From the NCBI GenBank assembly GCA_041687015.1, contig JAWLCT010000002.1:64073-128072 (forward strand): 64,000 nucleotides of DNA, given 5' to 3'. Under the pieces are notes generated by a model. The model was not told the DNA's origin and did no database searches. It saw only the letters and a list, made by a program, of their open reading frames with translations. Of the stretch, positions 1 through 9,680 are shown piece after piece. Position numbers and translations under genes: made by a program. The stretch comes from Gammaproteobacteria bacterium. Its GTDB lineage: Bacteria > Pseudomonadota > Gammaproteobacteria > Thiohalomonadales > Thiohalomonadaceae. Within the stretch, counting starts at the first letter, position 1, and every line of letters begins with the position of its first letter.

Positions 1-1366
1 CCTCGAGACCTGGGCCGTCGCCATGTTCGAGCGTCTGCTGCCCCGTCACCTGCAGATCATCTACGAGATCAACCAGCGCTTCCTGGACAAGGTGGTACAC
101 CGCTATCCGGGCGACATGGCGCGCCTGCGTCGCATGTCGCTCATCGAGGAGGAGGGTGAGCAACGCATCCGCATGGCGCACCTTGCCATCGTCGGGAGCC
201 ATCGAGTGAATGGCGTGGCCAAGCTGCACACGGACCTGCTCCGCCGCAGCATGTTTCAGGACTTCGACGAATTCTTTCCCGGGCGTTTCATCGCCATCAC
301 CAACGGAATCACGCCGCGACGCTGGCTCAACCAGGCCAATCCAAACCTCTCATCGCTCATTTCGTCCCGTATCGACTCCGGCTGGGTCACTGAACTGGAA
401 CAACTTGCCCAGCTCGTACCTCTCGCCGAGGACGCTTCTTTCCGAGAGCAGTTCCGCGCGGTAAAGCTGGCCAACAAGCAGCGCCTCGCAATGCAGATCG
501 AACAGCGCCTCGGCATGCGTGTGGACCCGAATGTCATGTTCGACGTTCACGTCAAGCGCATTCACGAATACAAACGCCAGTTGCTCAACGTCTTGCACAT
601 CGTCACGCTCTATAACCGCATCCGGGAAGGGCGCGCCGATGATCGTGCGCCGCGCATGGTGCTGTTTGCCGGCAAGGCAGCGCCGGGCTATGCGATGGCC
701 AAGCTCATCATCAAGCTGATCAACGACGTGGCCGACACGGTCAACCACGATCCGGCCATCGGCGATCGCCTGAAGGTGGTGTTCATCCCCAATTACGACG
801 TATCCACCGCGACCGACATCATTCCGGCGGCGGACCTTTCCGAACAGATCTCCACCGCGGGCACCGAGGCATCCGGAACCGGCAACATGAAGCTTGCCCT
901 GAACGGCGCCCTGACCATCGGCACCCTGGACGGGGCGAATATCGAAATCCGGGATGCCGTGGGCGAAGAGAACATCTTCATCTTCGGCCTGACGGTGGAC
1001 GAAGTGAACGCATTGTTGGCGTCCGGGTATCGCCCGGCCGATTACTATTACAACAACCCGGAACTCAAACGGGTCATCGACATGATCGGTTCCGGCTTCT
1101 TCTCACCCGGTCAGCCTGACCGTTTCCGTCCCATCGTCGACGCACTGCTGGATTCGGATCGCTACATGCTCATGGCCGATTACGCGCTGTACGTGGCGGC
1201 TCAGGAAAATGTGGACAAGCTTTACGCGGATCCCGACGCCTGGAGCCGACGCGCGCTGCTCAATGTGGCTCAGATGGGACAATTCAGTTCGGACCGCAGC
1301 ATCCGCGAATATGCGGAGCGCGTGTGGGACGTGAAGCCGGTGCGGCCCGAAAGCCGCACCGGTTGA
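1..1366 (+). CDS. glgP: Glycogen/alpha-glucan phosphorylase, C-terminal part (5' end lies outside the window)
   Basis: The frame is open from the window edge (LETWAVA precedes the first Met). Translation shows LLPRHLQIIYEINQRFL, AGKAAPGYAMAKLIIKLI and the pyridoxal-phosphate Lys motif EASGTGNMKLALNGALTIGTLDGANIEI. Confidence 0.92.
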   Translation, partial: LETWAVAMFERLLPRHLQIIYEINQRFLDKVVHRYPGDMARLRRMSLIEEEGEQRIRMAHLAIVGSHRVNGVAKLHTDLLRRSMFQDFDEFFPGRFIAITNGITPRRWLNQANPNLSSLISSRIDSGWVTELEQLAQLVPLAEDASFREQFRAVKLANKQRLAMQIEQRLGMRVDPNVMFDVHVKRIHEYKRQLLNVLHIVTLYNRIREGRADDRAPRMVLFAGKAAPGYAMAKLIIKLINDVADTVNHDPAIGDRLKVVFIPNYDVSTATDIIPAADLSEQISTAGTEASGTGNMKLALNGALTIGTLDGANIEIRDAVGEENIFIFGLTVDEVNALLASGYRPADYYYNNPELKRVIDMIGSGFFSPGQPDRFRPIVDALLDSDRYMLMADYALYVAAQENVDKLYADPDAWSRRALLNVAQMGQFSSDRSIREYAERVWDVKPVRPESRTG

Positions 1367-1375
1367 AACGGGGGC

Positions 1376-2632
1376 TCAGCGCTTCATCGAATCGAAGAAT
1401 TCGGCGTTGGTCTTGGTACCACGCAGCTTGTCGTGCAGGAATTCCATGGCGGCGAGTTCATCCATGGGATGCAGCAGCTTGCGGAGAATCCACATCTTCT
1501 GCAGTTCGTCCACCTTGGTGAGCAGCTCTTCGCGGCGCGTGCCCGAGCGGTTGATGTTGATGGACGGGTAGATGCGCTTTTCGGCGATACGGCGATCCAG
1601 GTGGATCTCCATATTGCCGGTGCCCTTGAACTCCTCATAGATCACGTCGTCCATGCGCGAACCGGTGTCGATGAGGGCCGTGGCGATGATGGTCAGCGAA
1701 CCGCCTTCCTCGATGTTCCGCGCCGCGCCAAAGAAGCGCTTGGGACGGTGCAGGGCGTTGGCGTCCACACCACCGGTCAGCACCTTGCCCGAGGACGGGA
1801 TCACGGTGTTGTAGGCACGTGCCAGACGGGTGATGGAGTCGAGCAGGATGACCACATCGCGCTTGTGCTCCACCAGGCGCTTGGCCTTTTCGATAACCAT
1901 TTCAGCCACCTGCACGTGACGGGCGGCGGGCTCGTCGAAGGTGGAGGAAATCACCTCGCCGCGCACCGAGCGCTGCATCTCCGTCACCTCCTCGGGGCGC
2001 TCGTCGATGAGCAACACGATGAGGTAGCACTCGGGATGGTTGTGGGCGATGGAATGGGCGATGTTCTGGAGCATCATCGTCTTACCGGTCTTTGGCGGGG
2101 AGACGATGAGGCCGCGCTGGCCTTTGCCGATGGGCGCCACCAGATCGATGACGCGGGCGGTGATGTCTTCGGTGCTGCCGTTACCTAATTCGAGCGTGAT
2201 GCGACGGTTGGGATGCAGCGGGGTCAGGTTCTCGAACACCACCTTGTTCTTGGCGTTCTCAGGCGGCTCATAGTTGATCTCGTCCACCTTGAGCAGCGCG
2301 AAGTAGCGCTCGCCATCCTTGGGGGGTCTGATCTTGCCCGTGACCGTATCGCCGGTCCGCAGGTTGAATCGCCGGATCTGGCTTGGCGACACGTAAATGT
2401 CGTCCGGCCCCGCCTGATAGGAATTGTCCCCCGATCTCAGGAAGCCGAATCCGTCCTGGAGGATCTCCAGCACCCCGTCACCTGAAATGGCCTCACCGCT
2501 TTTCGCGTGGGCCTTGAGCAGGGCGAAAATGACCGCTTCTTTGCGAGCGCGGGCCATGCCTTCAATGCCCATTGACTCGGCAAGCTCGATGAGTGCTGAG
2601 GCGGGCTTTTTCTTCAATTCAGTCAGATTCAT
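1376..2632 (-). CDS. rho: Transcription termination factor Rho
   Basis: 418 aa. N-terminus [28 protein letters not shown]-binding region GFGFLRS, P-loop [14 protein letters not shown]. Located next to trxA and rhlB as in enterobacteria. Confidence 0.97.
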   Translation of the reverse strand: MNLTELKKKPASALIELAESMGIEGMARARKEAVIFALLKAHAKSGEAISGDGVLEILQDGFGFLRSGDNSYQAGPDDIYVSPSQIRRFNLRTGDTVTGKIRPPKDGERYFALLKVDEINYEPPENAKNKVVFENLTPLHPNRRITLELGNGSTEDITARVIDLVAPIGKGQRGLIVSPPKTGKTMMLQNIAHSIAHNHPECYLIVLLIDERPEEVTEMQRSVRGEVISSTFDEPAARHVQVAEMVIEKAKRLVEHKRDVVILLDSITRLARAYNTVIPSSGKVLTGGVDANALHRPKRFFGAARNIEEGGSLTIIATALIDTGSRMDDVIYEEFKGTGNMEIHLDRRIAEKRIYPSININRSGTRREELLTKVDELQKMWILRKLLHPMDELAAMEFLHDKLRGTKTNAEFFDSMKR

Positions 2633-2781
2633 GCTAGTAAGAACCGTCAGGCGGTAGGATTCGGGGGGTTAGGTGCCTGCGAAAGCATTGCGCTTGCGGG
2701 CCGGGAAAACTTGCGGAGGAGCCGTCGGGCGGCTGATTTCGTTCGGATAGGGAGGTTCGCCGGGAAGATTAGCACCAACAT

Positions 2782-2812
2782 CCGGGCGCGTCCAGAGTGT
2801 GGACGCACCCGG
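2782..2812 (-). terminator. GC-rich hairpin just downstream of the trxA stop, in the rho leader region
   Basis: The minus strand reads CCGGGTGCGTCCA-CACTC-TGGACGCGCCCGG, a 13-bp stem with one G-U pair. It starts 9 nt after the trxA stop and has no clean U-tract. Confidence 0.45.
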
Positions 2813-2820
2813 AACCGGGT

Positions 2821-3147
2821 TTACAGATTGCTGTCAATGAAAGCAGTCAGCTGCGATTTCGATACCGCGCCAACCTTGGTGGCTTCCACGTTGCCGCTCT
2901 TGAACAGCATCAGCGTGGGAATACCGCGAATGCCGTACTTGGGAGGCGTATTGGGGTTCTCGTCGATGTTCAGCTTGGCCACCTTGAGCCGGCCGGCGTA
3001 TTCGTCGGCAATTTCGTCCAGGATGGGAGCGATCATCTTGCAGGGGCCGCACCAATCAGCCCAGTAATCCACGAGCACCGGCCCGTCGGCCTTGAGGATT
3101 TCGTCCTCGAAGCTGTCGTCGGTCACGTAAACAATCTTGTCGCTCAA
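2821..3147 (-). CDS. trxA: Thioredoxin 1
   Basis: 108 aa with the WCGPCK active site. Full-length similarity to TrxA ([36 protein letters not shown]). Confidence 0.97.
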   Translation of the reverse strand: MSDKIVYVTDDSFEDEILKADGPVLVDYWADWCGPCKMIAPILDEIADEYAGRLKVAKLNIDENPNTPPKYGIRGIPTLMLFKSGNVEATKVGAVSKSQLTAFIDSNL

Positions 3148-3274
3148 AGTAGCAGCCTCCGTGTCGCACCGTCCCGGGACGGAACGGTGTCTGTTGGTTG
3201 TTTGACATCATTTGAGCCGAATCGTCGGCCCATTTCAAGCCCATAGGGAGGGATTCTGTTATCCTTCGGTTAGT

Positions 3275-4585
3275 ATGAGTGAACGACATCTTAGTGAAAC
3301 CCGATTCAGCGATTTTGATCTCTCGCCCCCGCTATTGAAGGGGATCGAGGCCGCCGGATTCTCCCAGTGCACCCCCATTCAGGCTGAGACGCTGCCCCTG
3401 GCGCTGGCCGGAAAAGACGTTGCCGGACAAGCCCAGACGGGCACCGGCAAGACCGCCGCCTTCCTTATTGCGCTTTTCAATCACCTGCTTACCCACCCGG
3501 CCTCAGCCAACCGCAAGCCCAATCAGCCCCGTGCCCTGGTGGTAGCGCCCACCCGCGAACTGGCCATCCAGATCCACAAGGACGCGGAGGTGCTCGGCCA
3601 GTTCGGCGGCCTGACCCTGGGGCTCGCCTATGGGGGCACCGATTACGAAAAGCAGCGCAAACACCTCGAGGCCGGGGTGGACGTGCTGATCGGCACGCCC
3701 GGGCGCATCATCGACTTCTTCAAACAGCGTGTCTTTGATCTGCGTGCCGTGCAGGTCATGGTGCTCGATGAAGCCGATCGCATGTTCGATCTCGGCTTCA
3801 TCGCTGACGTGCGTTACCTGTTGCGGCGCATGCCGCCCCCGGACCAACGTCTCGGGCTGCTGTTTTCCGCCACCCTCGCCTTGCGAGTGACGGAGCTGGC
3901 CTACGAGCACATGAACAATCCCGAGCTCATCGAGGTGCAACCCGAACAGGTCACCGCGGAGCGCGTCACCCAGGTCATGTATCACCCGGGCAGTGACGAA
4001 AAGATCCCTCTCCTGCTTGGCCTGCTCCAGTCCATGCAACCACCGCGCGCCATGGTGTTCGTGAATACAAAGCGGACGGCCGAAGAGGTGTGGTCGTACC
4101 TGGAGGGCAACGACATCCGGGCCGGTATTCTCTCCGGTGACGTGCCCCAGAAGAAGCGTCAGCGCCTGCTCGCCCAGTTCACCGCAGGCGAGCTCCCCGT
4201 GCTGGTCGCCACCGACGTGGCGGCGCGGGGCCTGCATGTACCCGACGTCACCCACGTGTTCAACTTCGATCTGCCGCAGGACGCCCAGGATTACGTCCAC
4301 CGCATCGGTCGCACTGCGCGCGCCGGCGCGAGCGGTACCGCCGTGAGCTTCGCGTGTGAGGATTACGCGTTTTCGCTGGTGGACATCGAGGAATACATCG
4401 GGGCCAAAATCCCGGTGGCCTCCATCACTGCCGATCTGCTGGTCACCCCGAAGCCGCCTGCGCCCCGGGATACGGACAGGGTGCAACGATCGCGCCCACG
4501 TGGCGGTGGCCGCGATAACCGCAGCCGCGACGGCCGAAACGGTCAGCGTGGCCGTCGGCGTTCAGGCAGCAAGACCCACGCCTGA
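3275..4585 (+). CDS. rhlB: ATP-dependent DEAD-box RNA helicase RhlB
   Basis: Motifs [15 protein letters not shown] ([10 protein letters not shown]), SAT and [10 protein letters not shown], plus an Arg-rich C-tail. The N-terminus [16 protein letters not shown] parallels E. coli RhlB. I chose the internal ATG at 3275 rather than the ORF-track start at 3212. Confidence 0.9.
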   Translation: MSERHLSETRFSDFDLSPPLLKGIEAAGFSQCTPIQAETLPLALAGKDVAGQAQTGTGKTAAFLIALFNHLLTHPASANRKPNQPRALVVAPTRELAIQIHKDAEVLGQFGGLTLGLAYGGTDYEKQRKHLEAGVDVLIGTPGRIIDFFKQRVFDLRAVQVMVLDEADRMFDLGFIADVRYLLRRMPPPDQRLGLLFSATLALRVTELAYEHMNNPELIEVQPEQVTAERVTQVMYHPGSDEKIPLLLGLLQSMQPPRAMVFVNTKRTAEEVWSYLEGNDIRAGILSGDVPQKKRQRLLAQFTAGELPVLVATDVAARGLHVPDVTHVFNFDLPQDAQDYVHRIGRTARAGASGTAVSFACEDYAFSLVDIEEYIGAKIPVASITADLLVTPKPPAPRDTDRVQRSRPRGGGRDNRSRDGRNGQRGRRRSGSKTHA

Positions 4586-4670
4586 GCCCGCAGCCGGGGC
4601 GCGGTACCTTGAGACACTACCGCGCACCGCGCGCAACCCACCACGGTTGCTCGTGACCTCAGCGGTGCTC

Positions 4671-4679
4671 TGCTAGAAT
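4671..4679 (+). promoter_or_regulatory. Possible extended -10 promoter element (TGCTAGAAT) upstream of the YkgJ-like gene
   Basis: Matches TGnTAnAAT, 31 nt upstream of the ATG at 4710. No convincing -35 element at 17-bp spacing. Confidence 0.3.
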
Positions 4680-4709
4680 TCCGGGCACCTGAACCCTCTG
4701 CTTTACCCC

Positions 4710-5120
4710 ATGACCACCATTTCCCTGCCACCCGGGGTGCGAATCACCTCGGAGAACAAGTGCGGCTTCTGCGCCGGCTCGAAGTGCTGCACTTACATCA
4801 CACAGCATCTGGATACGCCGCGCTCCATGGACGATTTCGATCTGCTCCTGTGGCAGGTCTCCCATCGTGGCGTCAGCCTGTACAAGGACTCGGATGGCTG
4901 GTTCCTGTTGGTCGAGGCGCCCTGCGTGCACCTGCAGGCCGAGGGTGGCTGCGGAATCTACGCCGACCGGCCGCAGATCTGTCGCGATCACTCCAACGAG
5001 TACTGTGAATTCGACGCGCCCGCCGAAGAAAGCTTCGACCTGTTCTTCCCCGACTACCAGGCCTTGCTGGCCTATTGCCGCCGTCGCTTCAAGCGCTGGG
5101 ATCGCCGTCGACGGGCATGA
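4710..5120 (+). CDS. YkgJ-family (UPF0153) cysteine-cluster protein
   Basis: 136 aa with CGFCAGSKCC near the N-terminus and later CVHL...GGCGIYADRPQICR, the typical CxxCxxCC pattern of this family. Confidence 0.7.
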   Translation: MTTISLPPGVRITSENKCGFCAGSKCCTYITQHLDTPRSMDDFDLLLWQVSHRGVSLYKDSDGWFLLVEAPCVHLQAEGGCGIYADRPQICRDHSNEYCEFDAPAEESFDLFFPDYQALLAYCRRRFKRWDRRRRA

Positions 5121-5784
5121 TCTCGTCGAAGGCCTGAATGGAAGAAAACTCGTTCACCTCGCGCGCGGGGCGCCGACTGCTGGGACGTGTCACCGCGAGC
5201 AGATGGCCAATGCCGTAATCCCGCGCGGCCCGCAATACCGGCAGGGAATCATCCACCAGCAAGGTGTGTTCGGGCGCGAACGCCTCGCGCGCCATGAGCA
5301 GTGACCAGAAGCCCTGTGATTCCTTGGGGTGCCCGAATTCATGGGAGCACACGATGGTGTCGAAATGACCCGCAAGGGCGGTGCGCTCCATTTTCAGGCT
5401 GAGGCTCTTCATGTGTGCATTGGTCACCAACACGACGCGTCGACCGCTGCGCCGCAACGCCTCGAGGAACGCGACCACGTGCGGGTGCACCGCGATGAGG
5501 TGTTCCACTTCTCGCTTGAGCAGGGCGACGTCCAGCCCGAGTATTTCGCTCCAGTAGTCCACGCAGTACCACTGTATGGTGCCTTCCATGCGGTGGAAAT
5601 GCGGCTCCAGTTCCTGGCGGGCCTCGGCCAGCGGAATCCCCTTGCGTTCCGAATAGCGCAGCGGAATGTGCTCACACCAGAAATAGTCGTCGAAATGCAG
5701 GTCGAGTAGCGTCCCGTCCATGTCCAGAAAAACGGTATGGATGGCGGACCATTGCAGGGCAGCGGGTTTCGGGTGTGCTGTCAT
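5089..5784 (-). CDS. yrfG: HAD-superfamily hydrolase, YrfG-like GMP/IMP nucleotidase
   Basis: HAD motif I VFLDMDGTLLDL. Then FDDYFW...WYCVDYWSE...LVTNAH...LLVDDS, which tracks E. coli YrfG along its length. Confidence 0.8.
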   Translation of the reverse strand: MTAHPKPAALQWSAIHTVFLDMDGTLLDLHFDDYFWCEHIPLRYSERKGIPLAEARQELEPHFHRMEGTIQWYCVDYWSEILGLDVALLKREVEHLIAVHPHVVAFLEALRRSGRRVVLVTNAHMKSLSLKMERTALAGHFDTIVCSHEFGHPKESQGFWSLLMAREAFAPEHTLLVDDSLPVLRAARDYGIGHLLAVTRPSSRRPAREVNEFSSIQAFDEIMPVDGDPSA

Positions 5785-5825
5785 CGGCGACCTATACTCG
5801 GAAAAAGCGTTGCGGGGAAGACCTT

Positions 5826-6506
5826 ATGCTCCACAGGCCCATGGCGGCGTGGCTGTCGGTCATTGTACCCCTCCTGCTCGCCGTTTCACCGACCGGCGCC
5901 GACGAGTTCGACGACGAACTGGCCCGGCAGGAGTTGCTGGAACGCCAACTCGGGTCCGTCAATGAGGGTCATCTGGAATTTCTCCAGCATGCACCGCCCG
6001 GACCGCCCGTGCACCACCAACACAACCGGGTGGTCTTCGACGAGCACAGTCTCAGCAGTGGCTGGGTCGGCTTGCAGCAATGCCATGAAAATCTCGACGC
6101 CGTTGCGAACACCGAGATCGTGTTTCACCCGGATCGCGTCACAGACCTGCGTGTGGACAGCCACGCCAATATCGGCAGCATCATCGTCGACGGCACACGG
6201 GTTCAGCTGCGTGAGGTCGGCGCCGGTGCACGCCTGTGCATCAGCGCGCGCAGTCGGGCCTTGCACCAGGACACCGCCGGCAAGTACGTGCTCCGCAATG
6301 GACCGTTCATGCGACGGTTTCTCGATGGTTACTACCCGCTGCACGTGACCATGGAAGTGCTGTGGCCGGAGAAAGCGCTGCGCTTCGTCGCGGCCCGTCC
6401 CCTGCCGCAACCGGGGTTTCAGGTGGCTGCGGGCAGCGACCGCCTGCACCTGGAGGCCTGGTTCGAGGGGCGGCTGGTCACGGAGTTGTCCTTCGAACCT
6501 GCTTGA
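5826..6506 (+). CDS. Hypothetical secreted protein
   Basis: ORF with a signal-peptide-like N-terminus (MLHRPMAAWLSVIVPLLLAVSPTGADE). No recognisable family. The start at the internal ATG 5826 avoids overlap with the divergent HAD gene. Confidence 0.5.
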   Translation: MLHRPMAAWLSVIVPLLLAVSPTGADEFDDELARQELLERQLGSVNEGHLEFLQHAPPGPPVHHQHNRVVFDEHSLSSGWVGLQQCHENLDAVANTEIVFHPDRVTDLRVDSHANIGSIIVDGTRVQLREVGAGARLCISARSRALHQDTAGKYVLRNGPFMRRFLDGYYPLHVTMEVLWPEKALRFVAARPLPQPGFQVAAGSDRLHLEAWFEGRLVTELSFEPA

Positions 6507-6570
6507 TTCAGCTGCCCCACCAGCAGTCCTCGCGCTATTATCAACCGTCTGTTCATGGCGGTATGGCTGC

Positions 6571-7122
6571 ATGCGCGAAAAACCCCGGATTCTTCACACC
6601 GAGACACTGGCACGCACACGTCTGTTCCACATCCAGCAGGTAGACCTGCGCTTTTCCAATGGCGTGGAAACGCGCTACGAGCGCCTGATAGGCTCCAGCC
6701 GCGGTGCCGTGCTGATCGTGCCTATGCTTGATGACGAAACCGTACTGCTCATCCGCGAATACGCCGCCGGCATCGATCGCTATGAGCTCGCCCTGCCCAA
6801 GGGCCGCATCGAGGAGGACGAAGATCTGCTCGTCGCGGCCAATCGCGAGCTGAAGGAAGAAGTGGGTTACGGTGCACACACACTGAAGCACCTGAATTCG
6901 ATGAGTCTGGCGCCTGGCTACCTGGGCCATTTCACCCATATCGTGTTGGCGCGCGACCTTTATCCCGAAAAATGCGCCGGTGATGAACCGGAAGAGATCG
7001 AAGTGGTACCTTGGCGGCTTGCGGATGTGAATGCGCTGGTCGCACGCCCGGATTTCACTGAAGCACGCAGCATTGCGGCGCTGTTTCTTACCAGAGAGCT
7101 CCTGAACCATGAACAACGATAA
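6571..7122 (+). CDS. nudE: Nudix hydrolase, ADP compounds hydrolase NudE
   Basis: Nudix box GRIEEDEDLLVAANRELKEEVGY. The N-terminus PRILHTETLARTRLFHIQQVDLRFSNGVETRYERL parallels E. coli NudE. Confidence 0.82.
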   Translation: MREKPRILHTETLARTRLFHIQQVDLRFSNGVETRYERLIGSSRGAVLIVPMLDDETVLLIREYAAGIDRYELALPKGRIEEDEDLLVAANRELKEEVGYGAHTLKHLNSMSLAPGYLGHFTHIVLARDLYPEKCAGDEPEEIEVVPWRLADVNALVARPDFTEARSIAALFLTRELLNHEQR

Positions 7123-7921
7123 CGCCACGGTCGATCCCTGCATGCTCCAGCGCATTGCCATCGACGTCGCGATCAGCGCGGGACGCCGCATCCTCGAGAT
7201 CTACGAAGGCGGCTACAGCGTGGAACGCAAAGGGGACCAGACACCGCTCACCGAGGCGGACATGGCCGCCCACGCCATCATTGACGACGGATTTGCCGAG
7301 TTCACGCCCGACCTGCCGGTGCTGTCCGAGGAGTCGGCCCAGATCCCCTTCGAACAACGCGCGAGCTGGGAACGCTATTGGCTGGTGGATCCGCTTGACG
7401 GAACCCGCGAGTTCATAAAGCGCAACGGCGAGTTCACCGTGAACATCGCCCTGATCGACGGCCATGAAGCGGTGCTCGGCGTGGTGTATGCGCCGGTTTT
7501 GGGCGTGATTTATTACGCCTGCCGCGGACAAGGCGCCTACAAGCGCGAAGGCGTGGCCCCGCCGGAACGCATCCAAACCCGCAAGCGCGGCGGCGGTGCG
7601 CCCATCGTGGCGGGCAGCCGATCACATCGAGGCGATTCCCTGGAACGGTTCCTGGTGAATCTGGGGGATTACGAGCTCATCACCATGGGAAGCGCACTCA
7701 AGTCCTGCCTGGTGGCGGAAGGCAAGGCCGACATCTATCCGCGCCTGGGCCCCACCTCGGAATGGGATACCGCTGCCGCGCAGTGCGTGGTCGAGGAAGC
7801 CGGCGGCCTCATCACCGACACCGCCATGCGCCCCCTGCGCTACAACACCAAGGAAGAACTCCTCAACCCCCACTTCTTCGCCCTGGGCGATCCCTCGGTG
7901 GATTGGTCACAGTACCTGTAA
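7109..7921 (+). CDS. cysQ: 3'(2'),5'-bisphosphate nucleotidase CysQ
   Basis: Inositol-monophosphatase-fold motifs: LTEADM, WLVDPLDGTREF, EWDTAA. Confidence 0.9.
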   Translation: MNNDNATVDPCMLQRIAIDVAISAGRRILEIYEGGYSVERKGDQTPLTEADMAAHAIIDDGFAEFTPDLPVLSEESAQIPFEQRASWERYWLVDPLDGTREFIKRNGEFTVNIALIDGHEAVLGVVYAPVLGVIYYACRGQGAYKREGVAPPERIQTRKRGGGAPIVAGSRSHRGDSLERFLVNLGDYELITMGSALKSCLVAEGKADIYPRLGPTSEWDTAAAQCVVEEAGGLITDTAMRPLRYNTKEELLNPHFFALGDPSVDWSQYL

Positions 7922-7939
7922 GCGAAAGACGGAAGAAAA

Positions 7940-7997
7940 CCACGGAGACCACGGAGGGGATTACATTACTTCTCCGTGGCCTCAGTGGCCTCCGTGG
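7940..7997. repeat. Intergenic inverted-repeat element (CCACGGAG / CTCCGTGG modules)
   Basis: CCACGGAGACCACGGAGG...TCTCCGTGGCCTCAGTGGCCTCCGTGG, followed by CTTCTCTCCCG. Related CTCCGTG/CTCCGCG modules occur at 60058-60080 and about 44985-45010. CTTCTCTCCCG recurs at about 45095-45105. Confidence 0.5.
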
Positions 7998-8048
7998 TTA
8001 TCGCTTCTCTCCCGTTTGCAATCGCTTCGCCGGACACACCGCTGCGAA

Positions 8049-8225
8049 TCAGCGTGCGTCGTAGACCGCCATGATGGTCTTGAGTTCTTCCAGGACGGCG
8101 TGGCGTTCGTCGGGGGCGAGACCTTCCACCTGGACTACATTTTGGCCGCGTTCCAGAGCCAGGATGGTGGCACGAACCGCAGCGCAGCCGCTACGGCACA
8201 GGGATTCGACACATTCGTTGACCAT
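8049..8225 (-). CDS. Small hypothetical protein (58 aa), below the ORF-track size cutoff
   Basis: Hand translation of the minus strand gives MVNECVESLCRSGCAAVRATILALERGQNVVQVEGLAPDERHAVLEELKTIMAVYDAR*. It is an ATG-to-TGA ORF in an otherwise gene-less gap. Confidence 0.4.
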   Translation of the reverse strand: MVNECVESLCRSGCAAVRATILALERGQNVVQVEGLAPDERHAVLEELKTIMAVYDAR

Positions 8226-8355
8226 GACAAAGAAATTGCTGGACTACCTGCGCTGAGCATATGCACGCCCGCCACAGAGTCAACCTGCCCTAACAGGGGG
8301 GTTGAAAAAGTTCCTCTGCGGAATTCGGGGGTCCTGAGGCCGGAAGAGAATATCC

Positions 8356-8484
8356 CTCTCGCAAAGACGCGAAGAACGCCAAGCCATCAACGCGCCTTCC
8401 GCCCGATGCATAACTGCAGGATAGGCAATCAGCTTCCCACGGCGCTCCCCATTCCCTTGGCGTGCTTGGCGGCCTTTGCGAGAG
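8356..8484. repeat. MITE/REP-like element bounded by imperfect inverted repeats
   Basis: Left arm CTCTCGCAAAGACGCGAAGAACGCCAAG (8356-8383). The right arm CTTGGCGTGCTTGGCGGCCTTTGCGAGAG (8456-8484) is its imperfect reverse complement. Related modules occur at 22981-23025, 26514-26543 and 45063-45087. Confidence 0.5.
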
Positions 8485-8595
8485 CAAGGAAATCGTTTTC
8501 GGAAACTCACCTCGCAGGGAAATAGGCCTGCGACGTTTTTTCTTTATACATCAAGCTCTTCGCTCTCTGCGAGCAACCCTGCGGACACGGGCGGT

Positions 8596-9069
8596 TCAGG
8601 TTCCGGTGAGTTCACCCGGATCCAGATAGGGCGAGGCATCCAGATCCTGGGCATCCATCATGTGGGCGACGCGCTGCAGGGAGGCGATGATCAGGTGCTG
8701 CTCCCAATCCGCCAGTGCGCCGAAACGCTCCACGAAATGCTCCTGCAACAAGGTCGGGGAGCCGGCCAAGGCCGTCTGGCCCGTTGTGGTGAGTTCCACC
8801 AGCATGCGCCGTCTGTCTTCGGTGCTGCGCTTGCGCACCACCATGCCCCGTTCCTCCAGCCGGTCCAGGATCGCCGTCACGGTCGCCTGACTGAGGCTCG
8901 CGCGACGGGCCAAATCTCCGGCCGACAGGGGGCCGCGCTGCCCGATCACCTGCATCACCACCAGTTGTGGGCCACTCAACCCGGTGCGCTGCATCAACCT
9001 TCGCGAGTGAAGATCGACCGCGCGGATGATGCGCCGCAGGGCCACGAGGACATCGTCATGAGCTTGCAT
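8596..9069 (-). CDS. ectR: MarR-family transcriptional regulator, divergent from ectABC (EctR-like)
   Basis: 157 aa with a winged-helix MarR pattern (LSGPQLVVMQVIGQRGPLSAGDLARRASLSQATVTAILDRLEERGMV). The position upstream of and divergent from ectA matches known EctR loci. Confidence 0.82.
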   Translation of the reverse strand: MQAHDDVLVALRRIIRAVDLHSRRLMQRTGLSGPQLVVMQVIGQRGPLSAGDLARRASLSQATVTAILDRLEERGMVVRKRSTEDRRRMLVELTTTGQTALAGSPTLLQEHFVERFGALADWEQHLIIASLQRVAHMMDAQDLDASPYLDPGELTGT

Positions 9070-9157
9070 TTACTTAGAACCCTTAAAGAGTTTATGCGAA
9101 CTACTCCTTGTCCTGCGTGATATTTCGACTGGATCATTTCGTGGACGAAGGAATATA
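9070..9157. promoter_or_regulatory. Divergent ectR / ectA control region
   Basis: 88-bp stretch, AT-richer than its surroundings, between the divergent start codons. No specific operator could be defined by eye. Confidence 0.35.
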
Positions 9158-9667
9158 ATGCGCCGTTCCATGGACAGCAACATCCAACAACGGCTCATCC
9201 TGAGAACACCGAGGCGGGCTGACGGCCTCGCCGCCCACCGCTTGGTGGGGGCCAGTCCGCCCCTCGACCTCAACTCCGCCTATAGCTACTTCCTGCTGTG
9301 CGACCACTTTGCCGAGACGTGCGTGATCGCAGAGCAAGACGGAGCGCTCCAGGGTTTCCTCTCGGCCTACCGCCTGCCTCAGGACGCCTCGCGGCTGTTC
9401 GTGTGGCAGATGGTGGTGGCTGCAGATGCACGTGGCAAGGGCCTGGCGGCCCGTATGCTGGATGCGCTGCTCGCGCGTCCCGCCTGTGTCGGCGTGCGCT
9501 ACGTGGAAGCCACGGTCAACCCCAGCAACACCGCGTCGCGTCGCGTGTTTACGCGTCTGGCGTCTACGCGGGCCACCGGCGTGGTCGAGGAACCCTTCCT
9601 CGACGCGGCCGATTTCGGGGGAACGGCGCACGAGGCGGAGGTACTGCTCAGGGTCGGCCCGCTATGA
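9158..9667 (+). CDS. ectA: L-2,4-diaminobutyrate acetyltransferase
   Basis: GNAT protein with the EctA-typical LDLNSAYSYFLLCDHFAETCVIAE and VWQMVVAADARGKGLAARML. It is first in the ectABC order. Confidence 0.93.
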   Translation: MRRSMDSNIQQRLILRTPRRADGLAAHRLVGASPPLDLNSAYSYFLLCDHFAETCVIAEQDGALQGFLSAYRLPQDASRLFVWQMVVAADARGKGLAARMLDALLARPACVGVRYVEATVNPSNTASRRVFTRLASTRATGVVEEPFLDAADFGGTAHEAEVLLRVGPL

Positions 9668-9680
9668 GGGGGACCCCCAA

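Noticed and set aside
8016-8525. 169-aa plus-strand ORF in the cysQ-ectR gap.
   Set aside because: It runs straight through the repeat elements and has low-complexity content. The short minus-strand ORF at 8049-8225 is a better candidate for the only coding sequence here.
9426-9680. N-terminal 85-codon extension of the ectB ORF.
   Set aside because: It overlaps ectA in another frame and is Arg/Pro-rich. The conserved EctB N-terminus begins at the ATG at 9681, 14 nt after the ectA stop.
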